A stretch of 63,640 bases of DNA, filler included, from Guillardia theta CCMP2712 (GCF_000315625.1; 6 parts of 6 records of this genome joined end to end with filler, not necessarily neighbours in it), one strand, 5' to 3'; counted from the whole stretch's first letter, positions 48,990 to 62,107 are shown. The notes: generated by a model from the sequence alone, not told the origin. Made by a program: numbers and translations.

Positions 48990-49760
48990 GGTCTTCACCC
49001 CACCCCTCAATTCACATCCTGAACACCGGTCTGGTCTCCAATGACAACAACTAGCTGTGGTGCCCGGCCTTGCCTTTCAGCGACGCTCAATCATCGGACT
49101 CCCGAGTCCGAGACCGTTTCGACAGCCTCATCGGATCCGGGGCCCGGCGGATCGGACGGTACTACAGTTCCGGACACGGACTGCCGGAGTCCGGGACGCC
49201 CGGCGCCGGCCGGGCCGGGCCCCCGGGGGACGGCGCCGCCCCGCCGGGGCCCCCCGCCCGAGCCTTGTCAATCCGAACCGTCACTGGCAGTGACTGTCCG
49301 ATCACGGCTGAGTGTGACTTAAGTCACGTAGTAATGCCGGTACTAGTATAATCATAACGGAGTGTAACTGTCACTAACCGTCCGATCACAGGCCCCTTCT
49401 CCCCGCCTGCTGGCTTGTGGTGACGCAGTTGAGACTCGCCATGACTCAACCCCCCCCCCTCCCCCTAGGCTTCCTAGGACCCCGATAGTGTCCCCTATGG
49501 ACCCGTTTTGTGTCACTAGACTCATCTTTTCTTCCTTCCCCCGTCTGAACCCTCCCCTTAGCCGGGCGCAGGGGTCCTTTCACCCACCCCACCCCTTCAT
49601 AGCTGAGCCAAACGTACGATCCTGACTGGGACTTCCTGTACCCCCTACCCCCCTTGATTTCTCCCTCACCCCTCCTTTCAAAATGTCAGAGGTGAGGAAC
49701 TTTCCGTGTCAACCTTGTTGTTCCACTCCACCCCCTTTATTCAGGGACATGTGAGGGGTG
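48990..49760. other. Degenerate intergenic zone (GC palindromic core + C-rich domain) between divergent genes
   Basis: GTGACTTAAGTCAC, GTCACTGGCAGTGAC and GGGCCC runs; GTCCGATCAC repeated at 49296 and 49380. Confidence 0.6.
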
Positions 49761-49806
49761 GAGGGGTAGGAATGACTTCTTTCGTCTTGCTTGGTTCCAA
49801 CCGCGG

Positions 49807-49895
<89 letters not shown>

Positions 49896-49963
49896 ATCCT
49901 GCTCCTGCTCTTTGCAAGTTGTTTGTGTACCTCCATCTTCTTCGTTGGCTTCTTCTATCCGCC

Positions 49964-51379
49964 ATGACAGCAACAGCGATCAACATCCATCAGGCATCCC
50001 CTGACAGCCAGTATTTCTCTATTGTTGGAGGTCAGTTTGGGCAGCTCAGCATGGCTACAGTCTACACTGAGAGCAACGAAGACAAGGAGCCCCAACCAAT
50101 GAGCTGCATGACCTTCTTGTGCAAGTTCTACTCGCCCAAGAACATTTACAACAAGTTCCGCGAGCATATCGAGAAGAGTGACGAGTACGCTCCTTTCTTT
50201 GCTCAGCCGCAGGACTGCGATGGAGCTTACTCGAGGAGAGAGCGCTTCCTCGTCTTTGTCAACTCCACGGTCGTGGTCTTCGCAGTCTCGGCCTTCATCG
50301 TGTCTATGGAGCAGAGACAGCAAACTTTGCCGCCGGGCTTCTCCTACTTGATGTCAGCGTTGCTGAGTCAGATCTTTCAGTTCATAATGTTCAACCCCAT
50401 CATCAAGAAGCTGCTCGAGCTCAAGATGGACCGAAAGGGAGCATGCGGAATCTGTCTCAAGGCCTCCATCCTACTCGCTATCCTCGTCTTCTACTCTCTC
50501 TCCATCGCCCTCGGCGTTCTCTTCATCGTGTCGTCACTTCACTGCAACGCCTATGACTTCGCCAACCCGGCTGCTGCCTCTCCTGCCCTGCTCGCCCCCA
50601 GCAGCTCCTCCAACTCCAGCTCTGCGCCCTCGAGAATCGTCTATGTCTGCGCTTCAAAGAACTTCACCAACGCGGGGGACTACTGCAGGCAGCTCGGGGG
50701 GCGACTACCTACCCTGGAGGAAGAGAAGGAGAAGGAGGAGGAGGAGGTGTTTGCGTACCTCAAGGACCAGAAGTATAAGACTAGCACATTCGGCAACACC
50801 TGCTGGACGGGCAAGAAGACTGTGTTGGATAAACCTGACCCCGGGTTCGGATGCGTGACCGCAAACTACTTTCGCAACCCGCTGGTGACCACGGTGGGCT
50901 TGAACGAGGACGAGATGTGCAGCATCGTCTATCCCTTCGTGTGCCAGGTGACGGGGCTCAGCAAGGAGAGCGAGGAGGTGCTGGGCTCCTGCTCCTGCGT
51001 CTTCAACACCAAGGAGGTCATCGTCTCGCTGATCCTGACGTACCTGGCCGGCTTCATCGGAGGCAACAAGCTCGGCTATCTCAGGACGATGATATTCGCC
51101 CCCTTGGTCTTCCTCGTGCAGCAGCAGAAGAGGAAGAGGTCGATCTTCGACCCAATGCGCTGCTTGCTCAACAACCCTATCTTCTGCTCCATCCGCCTCG
51201 CCTGCGTCGCCGACTGGGGGCGGGCGGACGCTTCAGGCATGCCAGCAGTGAGCGGGAGCGAGGAGTGGCAAGGTTTCTTCTTCTCCCCCTTCTTCTGCTA
51301 CGACGAGCCGACCAACCTGTGCTTCTGCTCCTCGGCTGACAGGGAGGAGAAGGAGAAGGTCAAGGAGGTCGAGCCTTGA
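49964..51379 (+). CDS. Multi-pass membrane protein with an inserted C-type lectin domain
   Basis: Four hydrophobic segments; NFTNAGDYCRQLGGRLPT...CWTG...GCVT...MCSIVYPFVCQ C-type lectin pattern; start at ATG 49964 inferred. Confidence 0.7.
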   Translation: MTATAINIHQASPDSQYFSIVGGQFGQLSMATVYTESNEDKEPQPMSCMTFLCKFYSPKNIYNKFREHIEKSDEYAPFFAQPQDCDGAYSRRERFLVFVNSTVVVFAVSAFIVSMEQRQQTLPPGFSYLMSALLSQIFQFIMFNPIIKKLLELKMDRKGACGICLKASILLAILVFYSLSIALGVLFIVSSLHCNAYDFANPAAASPALLAPSSSSNSSSAPSRIVYVCASKNFTNAGDYCRQLGGRLPTLEEEKEKEEEEVFAYLKDQKYKTSTFGNTCWTGKKTVLDKPDPGFGCVTANYFRNPLVTTVGLNEDEMCSIVYPFVCQVTGLSKESEEVLGSCSCVFNTKEVIVSLILTYLAGFIGGNKLGYLRTMIFAPLVFLVQQQKRKRSIFDPMRCLLNNPIFCSIRLACVADWGRADASGMPAVSGSEEWQGFFFSPFFCYDEPTNLCFCSSADREEKEKVKEVEP

Positions 51380-51395
51380 AGGATGGGCGGCCATC

Positions 51396-51486
51396 GAGAG
51401 GAGAGGAGAGGAGAGGAGAGGAGAGGAGAGGAGAGGAGAGGAGAGGAGAGGAGAGGAGAGGAGAGGAGAGGAGAGGAGAGGAGAGG
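51396..51486. repeat. (GGAGA)n pentamer microsatellite
   Basis: Direct. Confidence 0.9.
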
Positions 51487-51721
51487 AATGGTCCTCATAG
51501 AGTTGAAGTTTATTACAACGATCGTTCATCGTCACATCGCCATCATCATCATCACTTGATCATCCTACTCGTATTCATCATCATGAATGATGAGCAAGAA
51601 TATCCATCACTTCAGTGGAGGAATCAATAAACTGCACATGCTCACTACTCTGCACCTCCTCATTCTTTTCCTTTCTTTACTCCACCCTTCCTCCTACACC
51701 CTCAGTCATTGTCCCCTTCCT

Positions 51722-53542
51722 TTACTTGAGCCCAAAGCTTGCGATAGCTTCCTTCGCTACTCCCGCGATCGAGGCATCATCAGCCTTGGGGATGTAGTGG
51801 TACCTGCAAAACGATCACTCCTTCCTGTCCTCCTCCTCCCTTGCAATGAACATCTTCCTCTCCTACAACTTCTGCTCTCCTGTTCCCTCCCTTCGCTCTC
51901 ACCTTCCCCCCGCAGCCTCTGCGAGCTCCTTGGCGGATCCCGTGCTGACAAACTTGTTCTCCGTGTCCAGCACAACCTGCTGAGGGTCAGCTGGGAAGCA
52001 GCTGGAGGAGAAGGCGCACGAGGTTGAAGTTGGAGAGCCCGCGCATCTGACGGGCAGTGGCGATGAGCTCCTCCTTGAGCGCCTTCTGCTCACACAGGTC
52101 AAGACCAGAGGAGAGGAGACGAACGAGGAAGTGGAGGAGACTGGGGAGCAGGCGATCAGAGGAGAGCAACGACGAGCAAGAGGAGGTATGTGGCAAGGTC
52201 GTCGGCCTACCTTGTCCTTCTGCATCTCGGGCGTCAAGACTTCTCCATCCTCACTGACTGCGAGCGGGACGTTGGCACGTCCGTCAGTGATGGCGACGAC
52301 GACAACCTTGCCGACATCCCCAGACTTCTGCGCGTTGATGCCCGTTCTCATGGCAACAGAGAGCGCGTGCGCTAGAGGGCTCCCTCCTCCGCAGGGAAGA
52401 GTCTCGAGGCGCTTCTTGGCCATGGCGATGGAGCGGGTGGGAGGGAGGAGAACGTCTGCCTTGTCGCCCTGGTGGAGCGTGAGGAGAAGCGGAGAGAGTT
52501 CTAGGAGGATGGAGAGCGAGAGAGTGGAGATGGCCAAGGTGAGAGAGAGAGGGAGAGGGGCAGGGAGGGAAGGATGGGGCAGGGTGGAACCTGGAAGGGA
52601 ATCAGGCAGATCTTGTCTCTGCTCTGGTATGCTTCAGACAGGAGGGACATGCATGCTCCCTTGGCCGCGTTCATGCGGTTGAGCGCCATGCTGCCTGACG
52701 CATCCACGGCAAAGATGACAAGAGCGCCAGCCTTCCTAACCATCTTCTTGATGCGAACATCCGAGTTCTCGATGTAAACCCTGATGGCCCAGTTAGCTCC
52801 TCCTCCACCTCCCTCGTCTTCCTCCACTCCTCCCTCCTCCTCACCTCCTCAGCCCCTTTTTGCCCCCAGCAGCCTGTGCGTCCTCAGCTCTTCTCCTCCT
52901 CGACGCCTGGTAGGGGGCAGACGCTCTCATCGTCGCGTCAACCGCCAGCCTCGTCACGCGGCCCCGAGGAAGCATCGCCTTGATGTACCGACCTCGCTCC
53001 TGCACCCAAGTCAGTTGTCCTCCTCCTTCCTGCCTCTCTCTCTCCCTTCAAACCTGGCTGAAAATCAATCCTCGTCCTCCTGATGACCCGCTCTTCTGCT
53101 TCGTCATGAAGTTGAGAAGCTCTGCATCTACAACCGTGTCCTCCGCCTCGAACATGAACTCCTGTGTGAGTGTCAGGGGAGGAGGGAGAGGAGGAGGGGA
53201 GGGAGGAGGAGGCACCTGTGGGATCTCGGGTTCGGGCTCAGCTTGCTCCTCTTCTTCATTCTCGTTGTCAGGCTGCAGGGGTGTTAATGACAGATCAAGG
53301 CAAGGAATTGGGGAGAGACAGTGATGGTGATGGTGGCGGAGGAGGAGGAGGAGGAGGAGGAGAAAGCAGGAGGGGGTGAAGGGGCACAGGAGAGCAAAAG
53401 GAGTTGGGGACATTTTTGTGTCGCGCGCGGCGGGAGGCTAACCTGGTCAGTGTCCTCCTCATCAACATCATCTTCGGTCTCCTCGCGGCTCTGAGCATCT
53501 TCAAGTCAGAAGACGGCGGCAGGAAGAGGGCAAGAGACGGGA
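51722..53542 (-). CDS. chlD: Magnesium chelatase subunit D (acidic linker + vWA domain); 5' half missing
   Basis: [86 protein letters not shown]. Confidence 0.95.
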
Positions 53543-53642
53543 NNNNNNNNNNNNNNNNNNNNNNNNNNNNNNNNNNNNNNNNNNNNTTAATTAATTAANN
53601 NNNNNNNNNNNNNNNNNNNNNNNNNNNNNNNNNNNNNNNNNN
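53543..53642. other. Artificial scaffold linker
   Basis: TTAATTAATTAA within Ns. Confidence 0.95.
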
Positions 53643-53675
53643 CCCTCAGTCCGTCATAGCATCTAACCGACCCTA

Positions 53676-53948
<273 letters not shown>

Positions 53949-54272
53949 GAAAAACAAGGATGAACATGAACAACGAGTTAAAGTTGATATAGGGATAGCA
54001 TGAAGGGTTTGAGGGCACTATGGGAAGAAATAACTTTGACAAGGATTTCTCTGATAGCCGGCCTTTAGTAATGCACTAGATCATGGTTTACTGCACGTAG
54101 GGCCATGGAGAAGAACAAAAGGGATAGCTTTTTCCTTGGAAGAATCACTGTCTCAACACAAAACTAAAGGGCGATGAAAGTCAGATGTAATAGGATGCTA
54201 TGTTGAGCAATATGTGTCAGATGTAACTTCCTCGTTGCTGCTGCTCTACCCAAAAAACCCTCCCTCCCTTTA

Positions 54273-54628
54273 ATGCAGTCGCAGGAGTCTGACCTCGCTG
54301 AACCCTGCACGGAGCTCTCAGGATGGAAATGCTCTCCATGCTCTACCAGTGAGTCCCTTGCCGCTCATGCTCACTGCCGGCCATGGGGCTGACCGCCTCC
54401 TCCAGTTACCATCGCAAGTTCACCGGCAACGTCTGCACTGACTGGCGACTCACTCACGATCTCCATACACTGGTGGAGGGCGAGGACGGGAAGTCGAAGC
54501 TCGTTAAGAGCAAGGCGTTCGAGCAGTTCCTCAATCCGGACTATGCGGGAACTGAAGCAGGTTTGATCCTCCTCCCTCCTCTATACACAGCTCCTCGTGC
54601 TTGAATCTCTACTGTCCCTGTCCACTCC

Positions 54629-54680
<52 letters not shown>

Positions 54681-54846
54681 CCTCGTCCTCTCCCTCCTAG
54701 TTCTCAGGTTGTCTGTCCAGTATGGCGATCTAATGCAAGGAGCAGGGAGCTGTCAGGAAGCAGGATACAAGTCCAAGCAGCTCAGGTTCTCCGTGTATGT
54801 CAAGTCACCGGCAGAGGCAGCTACGCACGTGCAAAGCATCCTCTAA
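54273..54846 (+). CDS. Small three-exon hypothetical protein
   Basis: MQSQESDLAEPC... with GT-AG introns, ending HVQSIL*. Confidence 0.35.
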
Positions 54847-55012
54847 TGAGCTCTTCCCCCCCCTCCACCCCCCCCTTTTTCTCCTCCCTTCCTTCCTCTC
54901 TCTCTCTCTTGCCACTTTCCAAGACTTGTAATCTAATAGCAGCGGCAACTATCAAGCAAGACCAGAGTTTCTACAAGATCATTTACAACCCTCGCTCCTT
55001 CTCCCTCCCCCT

Positions 55013-56237
55013 TCAGCTTGTCTTGCCCGAGTTGACTAGCATGGAGAGCCAGGACAGGTCGGACGAGTAGCCCAGCAGAGCTTCGGCAAGGCGAGGAAGA
55101 TGGTTGGGCCGGTAGGGCAGCATGAAGTGCAGCAGGTCCATCCACCAGCTCTGAGGTCCCACCGAGTGCCAGTGAACGTCGTCCTCCCTGAAGATGCGAT
55201 CCAAGTCCTCCGGCAGCCCCCGCTCGACCCTCCTCCTCACGCTGCGTGAGGAGGAGGAAGAGGAGGAGGGAGGAGGAGAAGGGGAGCTGTTCCGTTCCAG
55301 GCGGAAGCGGAGAGAGCCGTTGCTCTCCCACACCCAGTCGCGGAGGATGTTGTTGTGTCGCAGCTGCCACAGGAGGCCGGACTCGATCACTAGCGCCATA
55401 TCCTCCTCCGTCAGCAGCACGATCTCGCTCTCCTGCTTCCTCGCCCGCAGCAGCGACGGCTCAGCGCTCGCGCTCCTGATCTTGGTCTTAGCGTGCAGCT
55501 TTCCCTTGTCCGATCCCTCGATGGCCCACTGAAGGATCTTCCTTCCCCTCTCCCGCTGTATGTTCCTTCTCGTCTGCCTCACCCCCCTTGTCCTCCTCCT
55601 CTCCTCCTGCCGCTGGTTCACCCGCGCAAGCGCATTCAGCCCGGCAAAGATCGAGGTTTGCTGCATCCTGGTCAACTCCATGGCTGTCGATCGCGTCCGC
55701 TCGTCCATGCCGTCGTAGCTGCACGAGGATGATGATGATGATGATGAGGAGGAGGAGGAGCTGAAGAAGATGTTGAAGAGCGTTTCCGCGTCCTCTACCA
55801 CCAGGATGAAGCTCTTGCTCATCTCCGAGCCTGCAGGCCCCAGCGACAGCATGGCAGGCTGCTGGCTGATCTGAAGCCAGAGGACGCGACCGGTCTCGTG
55901 GTAGCACTCGAGGCAGACGGACGCGAACTGGAAGGAGCGAAGAGAGGTCAGCATGCGCTCCTGCTCCTGCTCGTCCGTCTTGGGCCCGCACAGGAAGCTG
56001 AGCCACTGGCAGCCCTTCGCCTCCCTCGCACTGTAGCCGGTGAGGAGGGAGAACCGGTGGTTGGACCAGAGGATACAACCGGTCTCGTCGAGCCAGCAGA
56101 GGCCTGACTCCGCCTCCTCCTCCCGCATCTCTTCCTCGAAGCCTCTGATGACTTCGTCGGTGAAGGCGAGGGCCGAGGAAAGCTTCAGAGTCTTCTGGAG
56201 GAAGAGGTGGGACTTCTCGATCTTCCAGAGAAACCTG
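55013..56237 (-). CDS. Terminal exon encoding a LOV-like PAS domain
   Basis: ILWSNHRFSLLTGYSAREAKGCQWLSFLCGPKTD...CYHETGRVLWLQI. Confidence 0.75.
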
Positions 56238-58964
56238 AGGGAAACGATGAGGAAGGGAGGGAGAGGGAGGGGAGAGCTGAGGAGAGGATGGGGGCAGAGG
56301 AAGAGAGGAGACGAGAAGAGGGATAGAAGAGGAGAGGGGAGGAGAGGGGAGGGGAGGAGAGGAGAGGGGAGGAGAGGAGAGGAGAGGAGAGGAGAGGGGA
56401 CTTACTGTATCTGCTCCTCATAGGACATACTTAAGAATGACTTGCTGCTCTCTACCTCACGGCATTCAGCCGACGTGCATGGAGCCTCGCTATGAGGCAA
56501 GTGGGGAGAGGAAGTAGGAGGAAGGAGAGGAGGAGGGGGAGGAGAAGGGGGAGGGGGAAGAGAGGGAGGAAGAGCTGTTGGGACAACGCCTTCTTCTCCA
56601 GTCACGTCACAGTCGAGATCGAACTGAGTCAGCTTCATCATGAGCTCCTGCGCAAAGTTCAGGAGAGGGGCAGCTGAGGAGGAGGATGACGAGGACGAGG
56701 ACGAGGAGGAAGCAGAGGAGGAGGAGGAGGAAAGGGAGGAGGGGTTTGAAGAGGAGAGGAAGGACGAAGATGAGGCAGAGCTTCACATTCTGCAGCTCAT
56801 CCAACGACAGCACGTCGCATGAGGTGGACTCGTGGCTCTTCTTGTCCTCCAGCGGAGAAGAAGGAGGAGGAGTTAAGTCCTTGCTAGTTCTCCTCCTCTC
56901 CTCCTCCTCCTCCTCCTCCTCCCCGCAGCTGCTCTCATGCTCCTGATCCCTTAGCACCCTCTTGCTCTTCGAACGTTGAACCTCCCGGAGGAAACTCAAA
57001 TCGCAGGCGCAGGAGCACACGGTCCGGTTGGACTGAGAAGAATGTGAGGAGAAGGAAGAGGAAGAGGAAGAGGAAGAGGAAGAGGAAGAGGAAGAGGAAG
57101 AGGAAGAGGAAGAGGAAGAGGAAGAGCGAGGAAGACAGAGGGAGAGGAGGAGGAGGAGAGAAGGAGGAGGAGGAGGGAGAGGAGGAGGAGGAGGAGGAGG
57201 AGGAGGAGGAGGAGGAGGAGGAGGAGGTGGTGGTGGTGGTGGTGGAGGAGGAGGTAGGTGAGGAAAGTGGAAGGNNNNNNNNNNNNNNNNNNNNNNNNNN
57301 NNNNNNNNNNNNNNNNNNNNNNNNNNNNNNNNNNNNNNNNNNNNNNNNNNNNNNNNNNNNNNNNNNNNNNNNNNGTGCCCTTCATGCACATGTTCCTCCT
57401 CCTCCCCCTCTACCTCCTCATGTATGTGGTTTCCTCAATGGTTCTGTTTGCTATTCTGTGAAGTTTCGACCCATGATAAGGCTGGAGCAAGATATCATGA
57501 TTCAATGTATATGCACACATTCGCGTATTAGGAAGAAGAAGGAGAATACTAGGAACACAAATTTGATCAGGAAGAGCAGGCAGAAGAGTAAGTGGACCAG
57601 GTAGAGGAAGCCGGCAAGAAAGATTAAAGACGGAAGAGGAGGAGGAGGAGGAGGAAGAGGAGGAGGAGGAGGAGGTGGTGGTGGTGGTGGTGGAGGAGGA
57701 GGTAGGTGAGGAAAAGTGGAAGGAAACACAGGGTATTGTGAGGTAGCAGGTAACAATCGTTGAGAGTGGAACAACCTCTGACGATTTTTGATAGATCAGC
57801 TGAAGCATAAAGTAAGTTTTGCAGAACCTTATCCTCTTCCTCCTCACTTCCGCCACCGCCACCATCATCATCATCATCATCGTCGTCGTCGTCGTCATCA
57901 TCATCACCGCTTCTCCTCCTCCTCTTTCACCTTCTCAGCGACGTAGATCATCTTGAGCATCCACAAGTGTCGCGAGCTTGTGTCACTGCAAGCAGCAAGT
58001 GAGGGCAAGGAGATCGCGACTAGTCTGAGCACCAGCTGAGCAGCTGCCCGGCAGTCTCGCTCCTCCACTTCTCGATCAACCTTGAAGGATCGGTCAGAGG
58101 AAGAGCAGGAGAAGAAACTTGAATGAAAGGAGAAGAGAGAGGAGAGGAGGGAGGGGAAGAGAGGGGAGAGGGGAGAGGGGAGAAGGGGGAGAAGGGAAAG
58201 GACGAGGGGAAAGAGGAGAGGAGAGGAGAGGAGAGGAGAGGAGAGCAGACAACATGAAGTACAATTAGGACAGCATGGGAGGTACAAACCTCTGTGGGTT
58301 CACGACCACTGTCAGTATGTCTGTCTCCCATAACCACGAGCGGACCTGCCTCATAGCATCACTATCCTCCTCGTCCTCGTCCTCGTCCTCATCCCTTTCC
58401 ACTTTCTTCTCCTCTTCTCTGCTATTGCTCGTCCTCCTTACTGCCCATCCTCCTCCGCCTCCTCCCTCACCAGATTCTCCGATCTCAACACCCACAGCAT
58501 CAGACTCGAGTGAGTTTTCCACACCTGCCACAAGATTTTATTCAACCCTCCCTTCCCCTGTCTCCTTCCCCATCCTCTTCCCTCCCATTTCCTCGTGTAT
58601 CCTTCATCCCTTACTCTTCTTCCCCCCCCCCCCCTCCTCCCTCCGTCCTCTTCCCTCTCCTCCGCTCTGCCGCTTCTTCCTCTCCTTCTCCTCTCCCCGC
58701 TGACCTCAGGTGCGTTATAGAACATGAGTTGCATGCTTGAGCTCAGGTCGGATCTTTCTGCCTCAGCGCAGTCTGCCTGGCAGCAGCCGACAGCCTTCGA
58801 ATCCTCAGAGCAGCTGAAGGCAGATGAGTGAAGAGTATGAGTGAGGAGGAGGAAGAGAGGAGGAGAGAGGAGGAGAGAGGAGAAAGAAAGGATAGTAGAG
58901 TAGGAATGAGGAAAAGGGGAGTGGGAGGTAAGGGGAAGTGAGGTAGGAGAAGCTATTTGGTTCA

Positions 58965-60790
58965 GCTCACCTTCTTAGTAGCTCGACTTCTTTTATGTTT
59001 TCCAGCGTGACGAAACAAAGTTTGAAGGTGAGTTCATCCAAGACTGGGATGAGGCTGCATAGGGAGAGAGATTCTCAGAACAAGATCAAGCATTGAGCAA
59101 CCACAGACAGAGGATTGACAAATGAAGTAATCATCATCATCGTCGTCGTCGTCGTCATCGTCATCATCAATAAAAACAACAAAAACAGCAACAACAACAA
59201 CAACAACAACACGAATTGCATCTCCATCACCACCATCCCCTCCATCATTGACAACGACAACGTCATCTACCTTATGGTACAAGTCCTGCTTGCTTCCAGC
59301 TTCCCCCCTCGTATCCTCACGTCTTCGATCTTCTGCTGCTTCCCTCGCTTCACCTCCTCCATGTAGTCCATTACGATCATCTTCGACCCGTCCTCCAGCC
59401 TCTCGCACAGGTCTGTCAAAGAGCATGCCATCTCCTCTCTGCAACTTCAATCAGACGAGATGCACACAGCCCTGTAGACGCCTCCCTCCTGACGCTCTCC
59501 TGTCCTGCTCCTTACTTCTCATCTCCTCCTCTTCTGCCCTCCTCTTCTGTCCCCTCTTCTGCCCTTACCCCTCCCCTCTCCCCTCCTCTCCTCTCCTCTC
59601 CTCTCCTCTCCTCTCCTCTCCTCTCCTCTCCTCTCCTCTCCTCTCCTCTCCTCCTCTCCTCCCCTCTCCTCTTCTACTCTTGTTTCTCTCACCCAAACAT
59701 TTCTTCCAGCTGCNNNNNNNNNNNNNNNNNNNNNNNNNNNNNNNNNNNNNNNNNNNNNNNNNNNNNNNNNNNNNNNNNNNNNNNNNNNNNNNNNNNNNNN
59801 NNNNNNNNNNNNNNNNNNNNNNNNNNNNNNNNNNNNNNNNNNNNNNNNNNNNNNNNNNNNNNNNNNNNNNGTCTCAACTCTTCCCTCCTCCTCCTCCTCC
59901 TCCTCCTACCAAGAGCTGCATGTGCTGCAGACAGCAGCATCGGGCCCTCCATCACCGAGATCTCAATCTGCCGCCAGCAGGGTCAGCAGCCGCCGCATAC
60001 CAGGAGGGGACCGACCTTGACCTTGAGCAGTCTATGCTCCTTCGAGTCGATCACTGCGAACCCTTCAAGGCTGCATACCAGCGCTCTGCCATCGGACGTG
60101 TACAGCGCCATCACACAACCATCGTCGTCAATGCCCGTCATGGCGCAGTCCACAAGAGACAGGAGCAGCTTCTTCCTTGACTCAGGCCCTGTCAGCAGCG
60201 AGACTGTCCTGCCCTCCAGGCTGAAGTCAGTCCATCCGAACGCCTCCCTGAACGCCTCGTTGCAATCATCGATCACCACCCGTCCCTCCTGCTTCTTGAT
60301 CACCACTGCAGGCACGTCGGGGTTCTTGGACAGCATCTCGTCGGAGAGTAGCGTCTTACTGTGCGAGAGCGCGATCAGGTTGTGCGTGATCTCCTCCTGC
60401 CCTCCTTCCGGCACGATGGGAATGATCTGCATGTTTCCGTGTACCGCCATGCCCAGCTTCGTGTACAGCGTCGTGGATACCGAGCTCTTCTCCCCTCTGC
60501 GGGACCTCACGAACGCATGGCTGATTGCCTGCACGTCTGTCCCAGGGCCATGAAAGATCCTCATGCTCCTGCCCTCCACGTCCTTCTGCTCGAACCCCAT
60601 GATCGCCATGTTCTTGGCTTGCGAGATATGGAAGGGCTGCGAGTTCTCAACGATGATGATCGTCTCCCTCCCATCCCCCCGCACCTCCGCCAGTGCACTC
60701 TGAAGACACATGTCCACCTTTTGCCGGAAGAACTTGCAGGCAGCATGGCAAAACTCTTCATCGTGCATGCCGGATAAGACCTTCATCCCG
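58965..60790 (-). CDS. Exons encoding tandem LOV-like PAS domains, possibly the same gene as 55013-56237
   Basis: GFEQKDVEGRSMRIFHGPGTD...LYTKLG and CNEAFREAFGWTDFSLEGRTVSLLTGPES...LYTSDG; splices onward at LKVK|IEISV; PAC-like LIPVLDELTFKLCFVTLENI at ~59000. Confidence 0.7.
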
Positions 60791-61499
60791 GCCAGCAGCA
60801 GCTACGATCCCCCTCTGACCCGCTCCCTCTCTTGCAACGCCTCGACCCTCGCACGGATAGATGTACAGTTCCTCTAACCTTCTCTGCTCCCCTCACGACG
60901 TTCTTCGATTCTTGCGCAGACTTGCTCTAACTGCTCAATGTGATCCTTCACCTCCTACTCAGAAATTTCAATCTCGCTCCGGGCGCTTCACGCGTAGATA
61001 ACCTGAAAGCATGACATGGTAAGTGCTTCGTGGGAAAATCAAGACAGATCGTAACGAGTTGTCTACATCTATCTACTGCAATATGTAACAGTTACATATC
61101 GCACATCTGCAACAATCGCAAGACTGTATCTCAACGCCACCGCATTTGACCTTGACGGTCAACCTTTCAACATCATCGTCTTGGCGGACTTCTTCTCTCA
61201 AGGTCAGGCTCACTGAGCTCTAGAAGCTGATACCTTTCCTTCTCAAGGCTCGTCTCAGCTCATCTTGTCCTCCTCGTTCCTCCTCGTTCATCCTCGTTCA
61301 TCCTTCCCAAACTCGATCCTATCCTGCAGCATTCCCCCCTTGGGCGCTTGTAATAACACTAGTAATGAAAAGCTTCATCTTCATTTCTGTGGCTTGAAAA
61401 CACTCATTTTGGTGTGTGTGAGTCTGTGTGATGCCATCACAGATACTGTGAGATTTCGCGAGATTCAACGAGATCGTGATCTCCTCAGTGCTGATACCT

Positions 61500-61900
61500 T
61501 CTTGGCTATACCCTACCACTAATATTGACTCTACTTTCATAGGTGGGGGTACTTTTAGATTGGGGGTGTAGCTTCACATGGGGTGGTTGGTGGCCCGGAT
61601 GGAGAAGCCTCACCCTTGAAGACTCACTATCGAAAGGGGGTGGGTCATCAAGATACCGGTCATGGAACCAGAATTTTGGCCTACAGCTAGGGGTCCAAAT
61701 GGTTCCATTCCATCAGCATTACAGGGTGGGTGATCAAAACCAAACGGATACGGTAGGGTGGGTACTACTATCATACGCCAACTCAACGGTACTGTAACGG
61801 TCGGTCTGACCCCCCGTATGAGGGACTCTCATTGGCGGGCCCGCTCCGCCCAGACAAGTGAATGTAACGTTTTTGTAACGTGTGGTAGGGCGGGAGAAAG
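61500..61900. other. Degenerate GGGT/GGTAC-rich intergenic zone between divergent genes
   Basis: Same words as the other zones, here G-rich on the + strand. Confidence 0.5.
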
Positions 61901-62107
61901 CTAGGAAGGATGGTGGCGTGGGAACTGATACCTCCTGCTCCTGCTCCTCCTCTTCTTCCTCCTGCTCCTGCTCCTCCTCTTCTCCCTCTTCCTCGTCCTC
62001 CTCCTCCTCCTGAAGAGAAGGTAGAGGAGCGAGAGGAGCGAGAGGAGCTAGAGGAGGGAGAAGAAGTAAGAGTGGGAGGAGATGTATGGGGGGGACGATG
62101 GGGGCGG

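Noticed and set aside
21894-53598. Five identical TTAATTAATTAA palindromes as a biological repeat, or gene clustering across them
   Set aside because: Always embedded in 100-nt N spacers and carrying stops in all six frames: an assembly concatenation linker. Genes such as asnS and chlD are cut at them, so adjacency across linkers is meaningless.
57200-57723. ~65-bp duplicated GGA/GGT-rich segment on both sides of an N gap
   Set aside because: Low complexity and adjacent to a scaffold gap, so it may be an assembly artefact; not interpretable without reads.
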